A stretch of 64,000 nucleotides of DNA from the NCBI GenBank assembly GCA_965219605.1, contig CBDCOC010000001.1:1077185-1141184 (forward strand). Direction: 5' to 3'. The DNA is from Bryobacterales bacterium. GTDB taxonomy: Bacteria > Acidobacteriota > Terriglobia > Bryobacterales > UBA6623. Of the stretch, positions 9,525 to 19,434 are shown piece after piece; the stretch's first letter is position 1, and the number at the start of each line of letters is the position of its first letter. The notes below the pieces were generated by a model that was not told the origin of the DNA, did not search any database, and worked only from the letters and a program-made list of their open reading frames with translations. Made by a program: the position numbers and the translations under genes.

Positions 9525-9769
9525 GGCTGCTTTCGAATCTTCCCGTTCCGATCAGCATAGTGGATGCGGGAATCCCTGCCTGCTTGGTATTCGGGAGATT
9601 CCACGGAGACAGGCACGCTGCCCCCTCGGCATTCAAGGACTCGATCCCGCAGGCATCTGTCACCGGATGGCCGGGCGAGTCCATCCCCCGCCGCGGGTCA
9701 GCGGCTCCGGTTTCCGCAAGGATCTGGGCCGGGCGGGCCTGGGCGCCGCGACGCCAAGTACGCCGCGGG

Positions 9770-10768
9770 TCACTCGATGAAGGCGTGCCTGCGCAGCGTC
9801 TCGCCGAGATCGGGTTCCTCCCACAGCACGAGCCGCTCCAGGACCACCCCGTCTTCGAGCAGCGCGCCATAGGGCACGTCCTCGAATTCGAACGTCTCCC
9901 TCAAGCGCTCGGCATCCGGCGAGAGCTTGGCAGCGGTCAGCCCGGCATCTTCCAGGAAACCCGGCCCCCAGTCCGGGTCTTGAGTGGGGATGCCGATGAA
10001 GTCGACCAGCCAATCGTACCCCGCCATCGTCTGGCCGGCGTGCAGGCAGTGCAGGCAAGAGGGGTTGAAGAAGAACAGGAACGACTTGCCCGCGCGCAAG
10101 TCGTGCGCTCCGCCATCCACGCGAATCGACTCGATGCCGGCTAGCCCCGGCTGGGGCCGCAGGCGCTCCACGCCAAGCATGAGGGCGGCAAAGACGGCCA
10201 CCGCCAAGACCGCGGCGACGGCGCCGCGCGCCTTGCCTGCCGGCTGTGAGAACCGCACCGCCAACAGCGCGACCGCCAGCATGGCCGCATCGCTCCAGAA
10301 GAACGCCGGGCCGACGGCGCGCTCAAGCCAAGGGAAGCAGGAGCAATCCTCTCCCCGCAGTGCCTGATAGTTCACAGCCATGTAGCCCATGAAGGCCGCC
10401 AGCAACGCTACCGAGAGCCAGCCGCCCCACCGCCGCCAGGCCGGGCGCAGCAGCAAGACGCCGGCAACGACCTCGGCCGCGCCCACCGCCAAGGTGCCGG
10501 CAAGGCTGAGACGGGCCGGCACGAGCAACTGGGTCAGCTTGACCTGCCAGCCCGAGATATCGGTGAGCTTCCACAGGCCGGCGCTAAGCCACAGCCCGGC
10601 CATCACGACTGCCGCGGCCCAGCCTAGCCAGTCCGTCCATTGCGTCCGCGCAGTGCTTCCACCCGCCATCGGTTGCGGCCTCGCGCTCCCGGCGAGCGCG
10701 GGAACTCTCTTCAGAGTATATGGCTGCCCCCCGGGACGCAGCGCGGGACGACGCCCGGTTTGCGACAA
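9770..10768 (-). CDS. MauE/DoxX-like membrane domain fused to thioredoxin-fold domain (CxxC)
   Basis: The N-terminal half has 4-5 hydrophobic helices (WLGWAAAVVMAGLWLSAGLWKL...). The C-terminal half has FFFNPSCLHCLH (a CxxC motif). The start may instead be the Met at 10669. Confidence 0.7.
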   Translation of the reverse strand: MSQTGRRPALRPGGQPYTLKRVPALAGSARPQPMAGGSTARTQWTDWLGWAAAVVMAGLWLSAGLWKLTDISGWQVKLTQLLVPARLSLAGTLAVGAAEVVAGVLLLRPAWRRWGGWLSVALLAAFMGYMAVNYQALRGEDCSCFPWLERAVGPAFFWSDAAMLAVALLAVRFSQPAGKARGAVAAVLAVAVFAALMLGVERLRPQPGLAGIESIRVDGGAHDLRAGKSFLFFFNPSCLHCLHAGQTMAGYDWLVDFIGIPTQDPDWGPGFLEDAGLTAAKLSPDAERLRETFEFEDVPYGALLEDGVVLERLVLWEEPDLGETLRRHAFIE

Positions 10769-10778
10769 TCAGGGTGCG

Positions 10779-11852
10779 ATGCAAAAGTCGGACGGCATGA
10801 ACTACGCACCCCAAGGCAAGGCCCGGCCAGTCGTCGAGCCCGGCGCCTTTGCCGTCGCCGCGATAGCGCTGGACCACGGACACATCTATGGCATGTGCAA
10901 CGGGCTGACGGAGGCCGGCGCGGACCTGAAATGGGTCTACGACCCAGCGCCCGCGCGGGTGGAGCAGTTCCTGCAAGCGTTCCCGCAGGCCAAGGCCGCG
11001 CGCAGCAAGGACGAGATCTACCAGGACGAAGAGGTCCGTCTCGTTGCCTCCGCGGCGGTTCCCAGCCTGCGCTGCAGCCTTGGCTGCGAGGCCATGGCGC
11101 ACGGCAAGGACTATTTCACCGACAAAGCGCCGATGACCACGCTGGAACAGCTGGAACGGGCCAAGCAGCAGTCTGCAGCGACGGGCAGGAAGTACGCGGT
11201 CTATTACAGCGAGCGCCTCCACACGGAGTGCTCGATCTACGCCGGGAACCTAGTCGCCGGCGGGGCCATCGGGCGCGTCCTGCAGGTTATCGGCATGGGG
11301 CCGCACAGGCTGAATGCCCCCTCCCGCCCGGCTTGGTTCTTCGACTTCGAGCAGTACGGCGGCATCCTGTGCGACATCGGCAGCCACCAGATCGAGCAAT
11401 TCCTGCACTTCAGCGGCGCCTGCGACGCCACCGTGACCTCCAGCCGCGTGGCCAACTACAACAATCCCGACCATCCCGAGCTCGAGGACTTCGGGGACGC
11501 CGCGCTCGTGGCCGACAACGGCGCGACGAACTACTTCCGCGTGGACTGGTTCACGCCGGACGGTCTCGGCGCCTGGGGCGACGGAAGGACCTTCATCCTC
11601 GGCACGGACGGATACATCGAACTGCGGAAGTACCTCGACGTGGGCCGCGACGCCGAATCGGACCAGCTCTATCTGGTCGACGGCAAGGGCGAGCGGCATA
11701 TCCGCACGCGCGGCACTGTGGGCTTCCCGTTCTTCGGGCAGCTCATCCTCGACTGCCTGGAACGCACGGAGCGCGCGATGACGCAGGAACACGCCTTCAA
11801 GGCGGCCGAGCTGTGCTTGCTGGCGCAGCGCGTCGCGCAGCGCGTCGCCTAG
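10779..11852 (+). CDS. Gfo/Idh/MocA family oxidoreductase (cytoplasmic)
   Basis: From MQKSDGMNYAPQG...: AIALDHGHIYGMC nucleotide-binding region and the FTDKAP (EKP-like) motif. The ORF track's 487-aa version includes an implausible N-terminal extension antisense to the neighbouring gene. Confidence 0.8.
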   Translation: MQKSDGMNYAPQGKARPVVEPGAFAVAAIALDHGHIYGMCNGLTEAGADLKWVYDPAPARVEQFLQAFPQAKAARSKDEIYQDEEVRLVASAAVPSLRCSLGCEAMAHGKDYFTDKAPMTTLEQLERAKQQSAATGRKYAVYYSERLHTECSIYAGNLVAGGAIGRVLQVIGMGPHRLNAPSRPAWFFDFEQYGGILCDIGSHQIEQFLHFSGACDATVTSSRVANYNNPDHPELEDFGDAALVADNGATNYFRVDWFTPDGLGAWGDGRTFILGTDGYIELRKYLDVGRDAESDQLYLVDGKGERHIRTRGTVGFPFFGQLILDCLERTERAMTQEHAFKAAELCLLAQRVAQRVA

Positions 11853-11863
11853 AGACTCCGGCG

Positions 11864-12997
11864 GTGCTCGTCGCGATAGCCGGACTGCTGGCAGCCGCTT
11901 CCTGCGCCTACCACCTCGCCGCGCTCGCAGTCCTCGGGCGGCGCGGCGGCAAGGCGCCGAGGGCCCCGCAGCCATCAAGGCAGCAAGCGGGGATCTCGAT
12001 CCTCAAGCCCGCCATCGGCGCCGGCGCGGAATTCGCCGACCTGCTCCGCTCGCACGCCGCCCAAGACTACGCGGATTTCGAGATTTTGGTCGGGATCGGC
12101 CAAGAGGACAGCGCGGTCCGCGAGGCGGTCCGCGCGGTGCGCGCCGAGTCGCGCGGCTTGCGCATCGAACTGGTCGAATGCCCCGCCCCGAAGCCCGGTT
12201 GCAACGGAAAGGCCCACACGCTTCAGGAACTGGCAGCGCGCGCAACCAAGCCGGTCTGGGTGCTCAGCGATGCCGATGTCCGGGCCCCCTCCGGCTACTT
12301 AGCGCAGCTAGCCGCGGAACTGGCAGCGCCCGGCACGGGCATGGTGACCTGCCTGTACCGAGGCGAGCCGTCCGCATCCGTCGCGGCCGACTTCGAGGCC
12401 TGCCGCATCAATACGGAGTTCCCTGCCCAAGTGCTGCTGGCAAGCGCCTGGCAAGGTCTCCGCTTCGGCCTGGGCGCAACGATAGGAGTGCGCGCCGAGA
12501 CGCTGTCCGGCATGGGCGGTTTTCCCGCTTTTCTGGGCGTGATCGGCGACGACTACCACATCGGGGCCAAGGTTGCCGCCACGGGCAGGGCCGTGCGGCT
12601 TTCCGACATGGTCGTGAGCACGCGCATGCCGCAAGGCACGAGCTGGAAGCAGTCTTGGAGGCGCCAGCTGCGGTGGTCCAGGACCATACGCAAGCAACGT
12701 CCATTGGGCCACTTCGGCCTGGGCTGCACGTTCGCGGTTCCGTGGTCCGCACTGGCCCTGCTGGCCGAGCCGGCCATGTTGTGGCCGCTCGCGGCATTGG
12801 CGACCGGCCTGCGGCTGCTGGCAGGCTGGTCGTCCGTGCGGGTCGTACGGGCGCGGGGCGCGGCGCGCTGGCTGTGGCTGGCCCCCGCCGCCGACCTGTA
12901 TGCCGCCGCGGTCTGGTTCTGCAGCCTGCTTGGCAGTGAGGTCTGGTGGGCCGGCCGCCGCCTGAGTCTCGGGCCGCAGGGGCGGATTGTCGGATAG
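11864..12997 (+). CDS. Glycosyltransferase, ceramide-glucosyltransferase-like (GT21/GT2), HpnI-like by context
   Basis: The real gene is the 3' part of the 785-aa chimeric ORF 10640-12997. GTG start at 11864, then a TM helix. ISILKPAIGAGAEFADLLRSHAAQDYADFEILVG resembles the N-terminal motif of glucosylceramide synthase/HpnI. It lies immediately upstream of shc. Confidence 0.65.
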   Translation: MLVAIAGLLAAASCAYHLAALAVLGRRGGKAPRAPQPSRQQAGISILKPAIGAGAEFADLLRSHAAQDYADFEILVGIGQEDSAVREAVRAVRAESRGLRIELVECPAPKPGCNGKAHTLQELAARATKPVWVLSDADVRAPSGYLAQLAAELAAPGTGMVTCLYRGEPSASVAADFEACRINTEFPAQVLLASAWQGLRFGLGATIGVRAETLSGMGGFPAFLGVIGDDYHIGAKVAATGRAVRLSDMVVSTRMPQGTSWKQSWRRQLRWSRTIRKQRPLGHFGLGCTFAVPWSALALLAEPAMLWPLAALATGLRLLAGWSSVRVVRARGAARWLWLAPAADLYAAAVWFCSLLGSEVWWAGRRLSLGPQGRIVG

Positions 12998-13211
12998 CAG
13001 CCTTGGGCGGCGCTGTGCGACCGGGCCGCTTCCCGGCCGAGCTCCCGTGCGGCAACGGAGCGGCCTGCCCGGATCGCGGCAGAGGCGCAGCAATGCGGCC
13101 CGCCGCAGCCGCAGCGCGGCGATCCGATATACTGGCACTTCGCATCAGCCCGATGATTCCCGCCCCGGCCGCAAAGCTTGTTCTGCCACCGCCGCAGATC
13201 GCTACAGATCC

Positions 13212-15185
13212 ATGAGTTTAGGCACTGGCCGAAGCACTAGTGCCGCACTTGCACGAACGACGGGCGATGACATCGGAGTTCGCGCGGAGCAGGCCGCGGA
13301 CGCGGCCTGCAGCTACTTGCTCAACCGGCAGACATCCGAAGGCTACTGGGTCGGCGAGGCCGAAGGCGACACCACGCTGGAGTCGGACTACGTGCTGCTG
13401 CAGCTCTGGCTGCACCAGCCCGGCCGCGACGGGACATGGAGCCCCGCCAGCCGCACCCGCGTGGATGCGGCTTGCCGGCGCATCGCCGACAGGCAGCTGG
13501 AGGACGGCGGCTGGAACCTCTACCCGCGCGGCCCGGCGAATGCCAGCGCGTCCGTGAAGGCCTACTGCGCGCTGAAACTGGGCGGCTACAGCGAGCACTG
13601 CGAGCCCCTGCGGCGGGCCGCTGCCCGCATCGCCGAACTCGGCGGCCTAGAGGCGGCCAACAGCTACACCAAGCTGTACCTCAGCTATTTCGGGCTGTAC
13701 CCGCGCTCGGACGTGCCCTCCATCCCGCCGGAGATCTTCCTGCTGCCGGCAGCGCACCGGTTCAGCATCTATTCGATGTCCTCGTGGAGCCGGGCCATGC
13801 TCGCGCCGCTCTCGATTCTCGACGCTACACGGGCACAGCGCAGGGTGCCCGCGGGCTTCTCGCTCGACGAGCTCCTGTCCGGCCGCCATGCGGCGCCGCC
13901 GGCGGCCCTGAGCTGGAAACGCTTCTTCCTGCTGCTGGACAAGGCGATCAAGTCGCTCGAATCCACCCAGCTCGGATGCCACCGCCAGCGCGGGATCGAA
14001 GCGGCGCACGACTGGATGCTCGCCCGCTTGGAGCGATCCGACGGCTTGGGAGCGATCTTTCCGGCCATGGTGAATTCGATCATGGCCCTTACGCAGCTGG
14101 ACTACGACGCGAGCCATCCGCTGCTGCGATCCCAGCTGGCGCACTTCGACAACTTGATCCTGCACGACGAGAGCGGCTTCCGGGTGCAGCCCTGCCACTC
14201 GCCGGTCTGGGACACGGCCCTGACCATCCACGCGATCAGCACGGCCAAGGCCGAGCTTAGCGACCCGGCACGCTGGGCCTTGAGCCGGGCCGCCGACTGG
14301 CTGCTCTCCAAGCAGGCGCGCCTGCCCGGCGACTGGGCCGTGCGCAACCCCCATGCCGCTCCGGGCGGATGGTTCTTCGAGTACCGCAACGATCACTACC
14401 CGGATACCGATGACACCGCGCAGGTGCTCATCGCCCTGCAGCACACCTGCGCCGCGGATCCCCAGCGCCAGTCGCGCGCCGAGGAGCGCGCCATGGAGTG
14501 GCTGGCGGCCATGCAGTCGTCCGACGGCGGCTGGGCCGCGTTCGACGTGGACAGCTGCGCGGCAATCCTCACGCACGTGCCGTTCGCCGACCACAACGCG
14601 ATGCTGGATCCAAGCTGCGTGGACATCACCGGCCGCGTCCTCGAGACGCTGTGCCACCGCGCCAAGCGCCGCTACCTCGAGCGCATCCAGCGCGGCGTGG
14701 AGTTCATCCGCAGCACGCAGCGCGAAGACGGCTGCTGGTACGGGCGATGGGGCGTCAACTTCATCTACGGGACTTGTTTCGCCCTGCGCGGACTGCGCGC
14801 CGCGGGCGTCCCGGCACGCGACAGCGCCGTCGTCAGGGCAGGCGAATGGGTGCGCTCCCTCCAAAATGCCGACGGCGGCTGGGGCGAATCGCCGGCAAGT
14901 TACGACAACCCGGGCCTACAGGCCTGCGGTGAATCGACGCCTTCCCAGACCGCTTGGGCGCTGCTGGCCTTGCTGGCAGCCGACGACTGCGAGAGCGGCT
15001 CGGTCCGCGATGGCGTGCAGTACCTGCTCGAGCGCCAGACGGCCCAGGGCACCTGGGCCGAAGAGGCAAGCACGGGGACGGGCTTCCCGGGCGTGTTCTA
15101 CCTGCGCTACCACATGTACCCGCAGTACTTTCCATTGATGGCACTGGGCGAGTACGCCCGCAAGCGAGGAGCGGCGCGGAAATGA
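13212..15185 (+). CDS. shc: Squalene-hopene cyclase
   Basis: Catalytic DxDDTA motif (HYPDTDDTAQVL). Multiple QW repeats (QTSEGYWVGE, QLEDGGWN, QSSDGGWA, QREDGCWYGRW, QNADGGWGE, QTAQGTWAEE). Start taken at MSLGTGRS. Confidence 0.93.
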   Translation: MSLGTGRSTSAALARTTGDDIGVRAEQAADAACSYLLNRQTSEGYWVGEAEGDTTLESDYVLLQLWLHQPGRDGTWSPASRTRVDAACRRIADRQLEDGGWNLYPRGPANASASVKAYCALKLGGYSEHCEPLRRAAARIAELGGLEAANSYTKLYLSYFGLYPRSDVPSIPPEIFLLPAAHRFSIYSMSSWSRAMLAPLSILDATRAQRRVPAGFSLDELLSGRHAAPPAALSWKRFFLLLDKAIKSLESTQLGCHRQRGIEAAHDWMLARLERSDGLGAIFPAMVNSIMALTQLDYDASHPLLRSQLAHFDNLILHDESGFRVQPCHSPVWDTALTIHAISTAKAELSDPARWALSRAADWLLSKQARLPGDWAVRNPHAAPGGWFFEYRNDHYPDTDDTAQVLIALQHTCAADPQRQSRAEERAMEWLAAMQSSDGGWAAFDVDSCAAILTHVPFADHNAMLDPSCVDITGRVLETLCHRAKRRYLERIQRGVEFIRSTQREDGCWYGRWGVNFIYGTCFALRGLRAAGVPARDSAVVRAGEWVRSLQNADGGWGESPASYDNPGLQACGESTPSQTAWALLALLAADDCESGSVRDGVQYLLERQTAQGTWAEEASTGTGFPGVFYLRYHMYPQYFPLMALGEYARKRGAARK

Positions 15186-16285
15186 GGCTGCCACTGTCGA
15201 GCATGCTGCGCATGGGGGCGTACGTCGCTAAGAATTCGCTCTTCCCGCCGCCGGAATGGCAGCGCGATCCCGCCCCTGCCAGCAACCCGTTCCCGATTCT
15301 CGGCGAGCGCCGCGAGCAGGCCGCCCGGGCGCAGCCGCACCCCATGCTGCGCAAGCGATTTCCCCTAGTGCTAATGCTGGAACCGCTCCACGCCTGCAAC
15401 CTCACCTGCACGGGCTGCGGGCGGATCCGGGAGTACGAGTCCACCATCGCGGCGAAGCTGAGCTTGGAGCAATGCCTCGGCGCGGTGGATGAGTGCCGCG
15501 CGCCGGTCGTTTCCATCTGCGGCGGAGAGCCGCTGATGTACAAGCCGATCGGAAAACTGGTCGCCGGCGCCGTCCGGCGCAAACGGCACGTGTACCTCTG
15601 CACCAACGGGATGTTCCTAGAGGCCCGTCTGCACGAGTTCCGCCCGCACAAGCACTTCTTCTTCAACGTCCACATCGACGGTCTGCGCGAAACGCACGAC
15701 CTCGCAGTGGAGCGCGACGGCGTGTTCGACGAGGCCATGGCAGGCATCCGCGCCGCCAAGGCGCGGGGCCACATGGTTTGCACCAATACGACGGTGTACC
15801 GCGAGACCGACATGCGCGAGGTCGAAGCCTTGTTCGAGTACCTCCAGGAATTCGACGTCGACGGCCACATGCTCTCGCCAGCCTACGGCTACTCCGCCGT
15901 CAACAGCCGCGAGATCTTCCTCACGCGAGAGGAAATCCAGGAGAAATTCAAGGACGTGGACTCGCTATTCCGGCGTTTCCGCATGAACACGACGCCGCTG
16001 TACGCGGAGTTCCTCAAGGGCCAGCGGGACATGCCCTGCACCGCGTGGGGCAACCCGACCTACAACACCCGCGGCTGGAAAGGCCCCTGCTACCTGATCA
16101 CCGACGCGCACTGGGACAGTTTCGAGGAACTGATGCGCCAGACGCCGTGGGACCGCTACGGGCGCGGAAACGACGAGCGTTGCGAGCACTGCATGGTGCA
16201 TTGCGGCTACGAGCCGTCAGCGGCGCTGGGCGTGAATGGCCGCCTCGCGGACAGCCTGCGCATGCTGCGCTGGGCATTGACCTGA
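15182..16285 (+). CDS. hpnH: Adenosyl-hopene transferase, radical SAM
   Basis: The start ATG overlaps the shc stop (ATGA). CNLTCTGCG radical-SAM cluster motif. N-terminus MRLPLSSMLRMGAYV and VVSICGGEPLMY resemble HpnH. Confidence 0.9.
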   Translation: MRLPLSSMLRMGAYVAKNSLFPPPEWQRDPAPASNPFPILGERREQAARAQPHPMLRKRFPLVLMLEPLHACNLTCTGCGRIREYESTIAAKLSLEQCLGAVDECRAPVVSICGGEPLMYKPIGKLVAGAVRRKRHVYLCTNGMFLEARLHEFRPHKHFFFNVHIDGLRETHDLAVERDGVFDEAMAGIRAAKARGHMVCTNTTVYRETDMREVEALFEYLQEFDVDGHMLSPAYGYSAVNSREIFLTREEIQEKFKDVDSLFRRFRMNTTPLYAEFLKGQRDMPCTAWGNPTYNTRGWKGPCYLITDAHWDSFEELMRQTPWDRYGRGNDERCEHCMVHCGYEPSAALGVNGRLADSLRMLRWALT

Positions 16286-16329
16286 GCGAGGCGGGCGGCA
16301 ACCGGGGCTTTGGGCGACACTGGGGCAAG

Positions 16330-17364
16330 ATGAGAGCACTGGTATTGAGCCGCTACAAGCAGCTGGAGATGCAGGATGTCCCCGAGCCGCAGATCCAAGC
16401 GCACGAGGTCTTGGTCCGGGTGCGCTCGTGCGGCATCTGCGGCAGTGACGTGCATGGTTACGACGGCAGCAGCGGGCGCCGCGTCCCGCCGCTGATCATG
16501 GGCCACGAGGCCGCTGGCGAGATCGCGGCCAAGGGTGCCGATGTCAGCGCCTTCGCTCTGGGCGAGCGGGTCACCTTCGACTCCATGATCTGCTGCCGCG
16601 ACTGCGCCTTCTGCCGTGCCGGCCGGCCCAACCTTTGCGAAAACCGGCGCGTGCTGGGAGTGTCGTGCGAAGACTACCGCCGTCATGGCGCGTTCGCGGA
16701 GTACATAGCCGTCCCGCAACACGTCGTGTTCCGCGTGCCGGACGACGTGCCCTTCGAGGAAGCGGCGATGGTCGAGCCCGTCTCGGTGGCCGTGCATGCG
16801 GTCGGCCGCACCCGGCCCGGCCTGGGCGATACCGCGCTCGTGATCGGGGCGGGGATGATCGGACTGCTGACCATCCAAGCCCTGCGCAGCGCCGGTTGCG
16901 CGCGCATCGTGGCGGTCGACCTGGCCGCCGACCGCTTGGAACTGGCCAAGCGCCTGGGGGCCGACCACGCCATCCAGCCCGAGGAGGGCAGCGACGTGCC
17001 GGCCTTGGTCCGCGGCGTCACGGGCGGCCTCGGAGCCGACGTGGTGCTGGAAGCTGTCGGCGCGGATGCGACCGTGTCCATGGCGCTGGGCAGCGTGCGG
17101 AAGGGCGGCAGGGTCACGCTGATCGGCAATGTGACACCGACGGTGTCGTTCGCCCTGCAGGACGTGGTCACGCGCGAGATCGACGTGCTCGGCTCTTGCG
17201 CATCGTCCAATGACTACCCGGCCTGCCTCCAACTGATGCGGCGCGGGGCGATCCAGGTGCGACCGGTCCTGAGCGCCGCAGTGCCGCTCGAGCGCGGGCC
17301 GGAAATGTTCGAGCGGCTCTACGCCCGGGAACCCGGCCTGACGAAAGTCATCCTACAGCCTTGA
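16330..17364 (+). CDS. Zinc-dependent alcohol/polyol dehydrogenase (MDR family)
   Basis: CGICGSDVHGY catalytic Zn motif, structural Zn CCRDCAFCRAGRPNLC, and GAGMIGLL Rossmann motif. Confidence 0.88.
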   Translation: MRALVLSRYKQLEMQDVPEPQIQAHEVLVRVRSCGICGSDVHGYDGSSGRRVPPLIMGHEAAGEIAAKGADVSAFALGERVTFDSMICCRDCAFCRAGRPNLCENRRVLGVSCEDYRRHGAFAEYIAVPQHVVFRVPDDVPFEEAAMVEPVSVAVHAVGRTRPGLGDTALVIGAGMIGLLTIQALRSAGCARIVAVDLAADRLELAKRLGADHAIQPEEGSDVPALVRGVTGGLGADVVLEAVGADATVSMALGSVRKGGRVTLIGNVTPTVSFALQDVVTREIDVLGSCASSNDYPACLQLMRRGAIQVRPVLSAAVPLERGPEMFERLYAREPGLTKVILQP

Positions 17365-18281
17365 CCACCGGCACGGCCTCAACGCGAACCACCAACCTAG
17401 GCTTGGTGCAGATGGCTTGCGGCCCGGATCCGGCGGCCAACCTCGACACGGCCCTGCGCGGAATCGATCACGCCGCCGCCCGAGGCGCGCAAGTGGTCTG
17501 CCTGCCCGAGCTGTTCCGCACGGAGTACTTCTGCCAAGAGCAGGATGCCGGCAATTTCGAACTGTCCGAGACCCTGCCCGGCCCCACGTCGGAGGCGCTC
17601 GCCGCAGCCGCTCGGCGCCACGGCGTCGTGATCGTGGGCTCGGTCTTCGAGCGCCGGGCGGCCGGGCTCTACCACAACTCGGCTATCGTCATCGACACCG
17701 ACGGGAAATTGTTAGGCGTGTACCGCAAGATGCACATCCCCGACGATCCGCTGTACTGCGAGAAGTTCTACTTCACACCCGGCGACCTAGGCTTCAGGGT
17801 CTTCGAGACGAGATTCGGCCGCATCGCCCCGCTCGTCTGCTGGGACCAGTGGTTCCCCGAAGCGGCGCGCCTCGCGGCGCTCGCCGGCGCCGAGTTCCTG
17901 ATCTATCCCACAGCCATCGGCTGGCACCCGCGCGAGAAGGCGGAATGGGGCGAGCGCCAATGGGCCGCATGGAGCATTGCCCAGCGGGCGCACGGGATCG
18001 CCAACGGCACGTTCGTGGCGGCAGTCAACCGTACGGGATGCGAGCGAGTCCTGGAGCGCTCCGCCACCCGGCCCGCCAGCTACGAAGGCTTGGAGTTCTG
18101 GGGCCGGTCGTTCGTGTCGAGCCCCTTTGGCGCGGTAATCGCCGAGGCGGGCGGCAACGAGCAGGTGCTGCTTGCGGAATGCGACCGCGCGGAAATCGAG
18201 CGGACGCGCCGGGACTGGCCGTTCCTGCGGGACCGCAGGATCGACGCCTACGGGCAGTTGGCGCGGAGATTCGCCGAGTGA
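17361..18281 (+). CDS. aguB: N-carbamoylputrescine amidase (carbon-nitrogen hydrolase family)
   Basis: Nitrilase-superfamily triad context (CLPELF, YRKMHIP, VCWDQWFPE). Strong resemblance to AguB over the full length. TTG start overlapping the ADH stop; exact start uncertain. Confidence 0.85.
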   Translation: MTTGTASTRTTNLGLVQMACGPDPAANLDTALRGIDHAAARGAQVVCLPELFRTEYFCQEQDAGNFELSETLPGPTSEALAAAARRHGVVIVGSVFERRAAGLYHNSAIVIDTDGKLLGVYRKMHIPDDPLYCEKFYFTPGDLGFRVFETRFGRIAPLVCWDQWFPEAARLAALAGAEFLIYPTAIGWHPREKAEWGERQWAAWSIAQRAHGIANGTFVAAVNRTGCERVLERSATRPASYEGLEFWGRSFVSSPFGAVIAEAGGNEQVLLAECDRAEIERTRRDWPFLRDRRIDAYGQLARRFAE

Positions 18282-19381
18282 GCGAGACCGCAGGCAGCGG
18301 CACCCGCATGCCGGCAGAGTGGGAACCGCACGCGGCCACGTGGCTGGCCTACCCCCACCTAGGCAGCGACTGGCCGGGAAAGCTGTCGGCGGTGCGCTGG
18401 GCGTTCGCCGAATTCGCGCGGATCCTAGCAAGCCGCGAAGCCGTGCGGCTGCTCGTGCGCAACGCGCAGGAAGCCGAGCGGGCGCGCAGCGTGCTCCGGC
18501 GCAGCGGCGCGGAATTGCAGCGGATCGACCTGCAGGCGCTGCCGACGGACCGCTCCTGGCTGCGCGATTCGGGCCCGACGTTCGCACTCCGGGGCGGGAG
18601 GCTGCAAGCCGTGTGCTGGTCCTTCAACGCTTGGGGGCGGTATCCCAACTGGCAAGCCGACCGCAAGGTTGGCCGCCACATCGCGATCGCGGCAGGGGCC
18701 GGCATCGTCGAGCCCAAGGCGCACGGCCGCGCTGTGGTGATGGAGGGCGGCGCCATCGACAGCAACGGACGGGGAACGGTGCTGACTACTGAACAGTGCC
18801 TGCTGGGCGGCGGGCGGCGGGCCCGCAACCCCGGCCTGTCCCGCGACGGCATCGAGCAAGTGCTGCACGACTCGCTGGGGGCCACGAACGTGCTGTGGCT
18901 CGGGCGCGGAATCGCAGGCGACGACACCAGCGGCCATGTCGACACCTTGGCACGCTTCGTCGGACGCAGCCGGATAGCGGCGGTCGTCGAGACGAACGGC
19001 CGGGACGAGAACTATGCGGCCCTGCAGGACAACCTGCGCCGCTTGCGGGGCATGTGCGACGAGCGGGGCCGCCCGATCGAGATCGTTGAACTGCCGATGC
19101 CCCGCCCGCTGTGGTTCGACGGCTACAGGCTGCCCGCCAGCTACGCGAACTTCTACATCGCCAACGGCGCCGTCTTGGTGCCCACCTTCAACGACGCCAA
19201 TGATGCGCCGGCGCTGCGCGTCCTCGGCGAGTGCTTTCCGGGCCGCGACGTGCATGGCGTGCATTGCACCGACATCGCGCTGGGGCTGGGCGCCCTGCAC
19301 TGCCTGGCCCAGCAGCAACCCAGCGCCGGCACGCCACGACAGGCGCAGGCGGAGGGCATCCCCGCGCTGGCCGGGCGATAA
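18278..19381 (+). CDS. aguA: Agmatine deiminase
   Basis: MPAEWEPHAATWLAYP, GGAIDSNGRGTVLTTEQCLL, DDTSGHVDTLARF, and the catalytic GALHCLAQQQP near the C-terminus. GTG 18278 overlaps the aguB stop (GTGA); an alternative ATG is at 18308. Confidence 0.85.
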   Translation: MSETAGSGTRMPAEWEPHAATWLAYPHLGSDWPGKLSAVRWAFAEFARILASREAVRLLVRNAQEAERARSVLRRSGAELQRIDLQALPTDRSWLRDSGPTFALRGGRLQAVCWSFNAWGRYPNWQADRKVGRHIAIAAGAGIVEPKAHGRAVVMEGGAIDSNGRGTVLTTEQCLLGGGRRARNPGLSRDGIEQVLHDSLGATNVLWLGRGIAGDDTSGHVDTLARFVGRSRIAAVVETNGRDENYAALQDNLRRLRGMCDERGRPIEIVELPMPRPLWFDGYRLPASYANFYIANGAVLVPTFNDANDAPALRVLGECFPGRDVHGVHCTDIALGLGALHCLAQQQPSAGTPRQAQAEGIPALAGR

Positions 19382-19434
19382 TGGGGGACGGCGCGCGGCA
19401 CAACGTTTTGCACGGCTGGCGCGTCCAAACGAGC

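Noticed and set aside
10640-11863. The 5' two-thirds of the 785-aa ORF 10640-12997.
   Set aside because: It is out of frame with, and overlaps, the well-supported oxidoreductase gene 10779-11852, and its translation is Arg-rich nonsense. Only the part from GTG 11864 (the glycosyltransferase) is credible.
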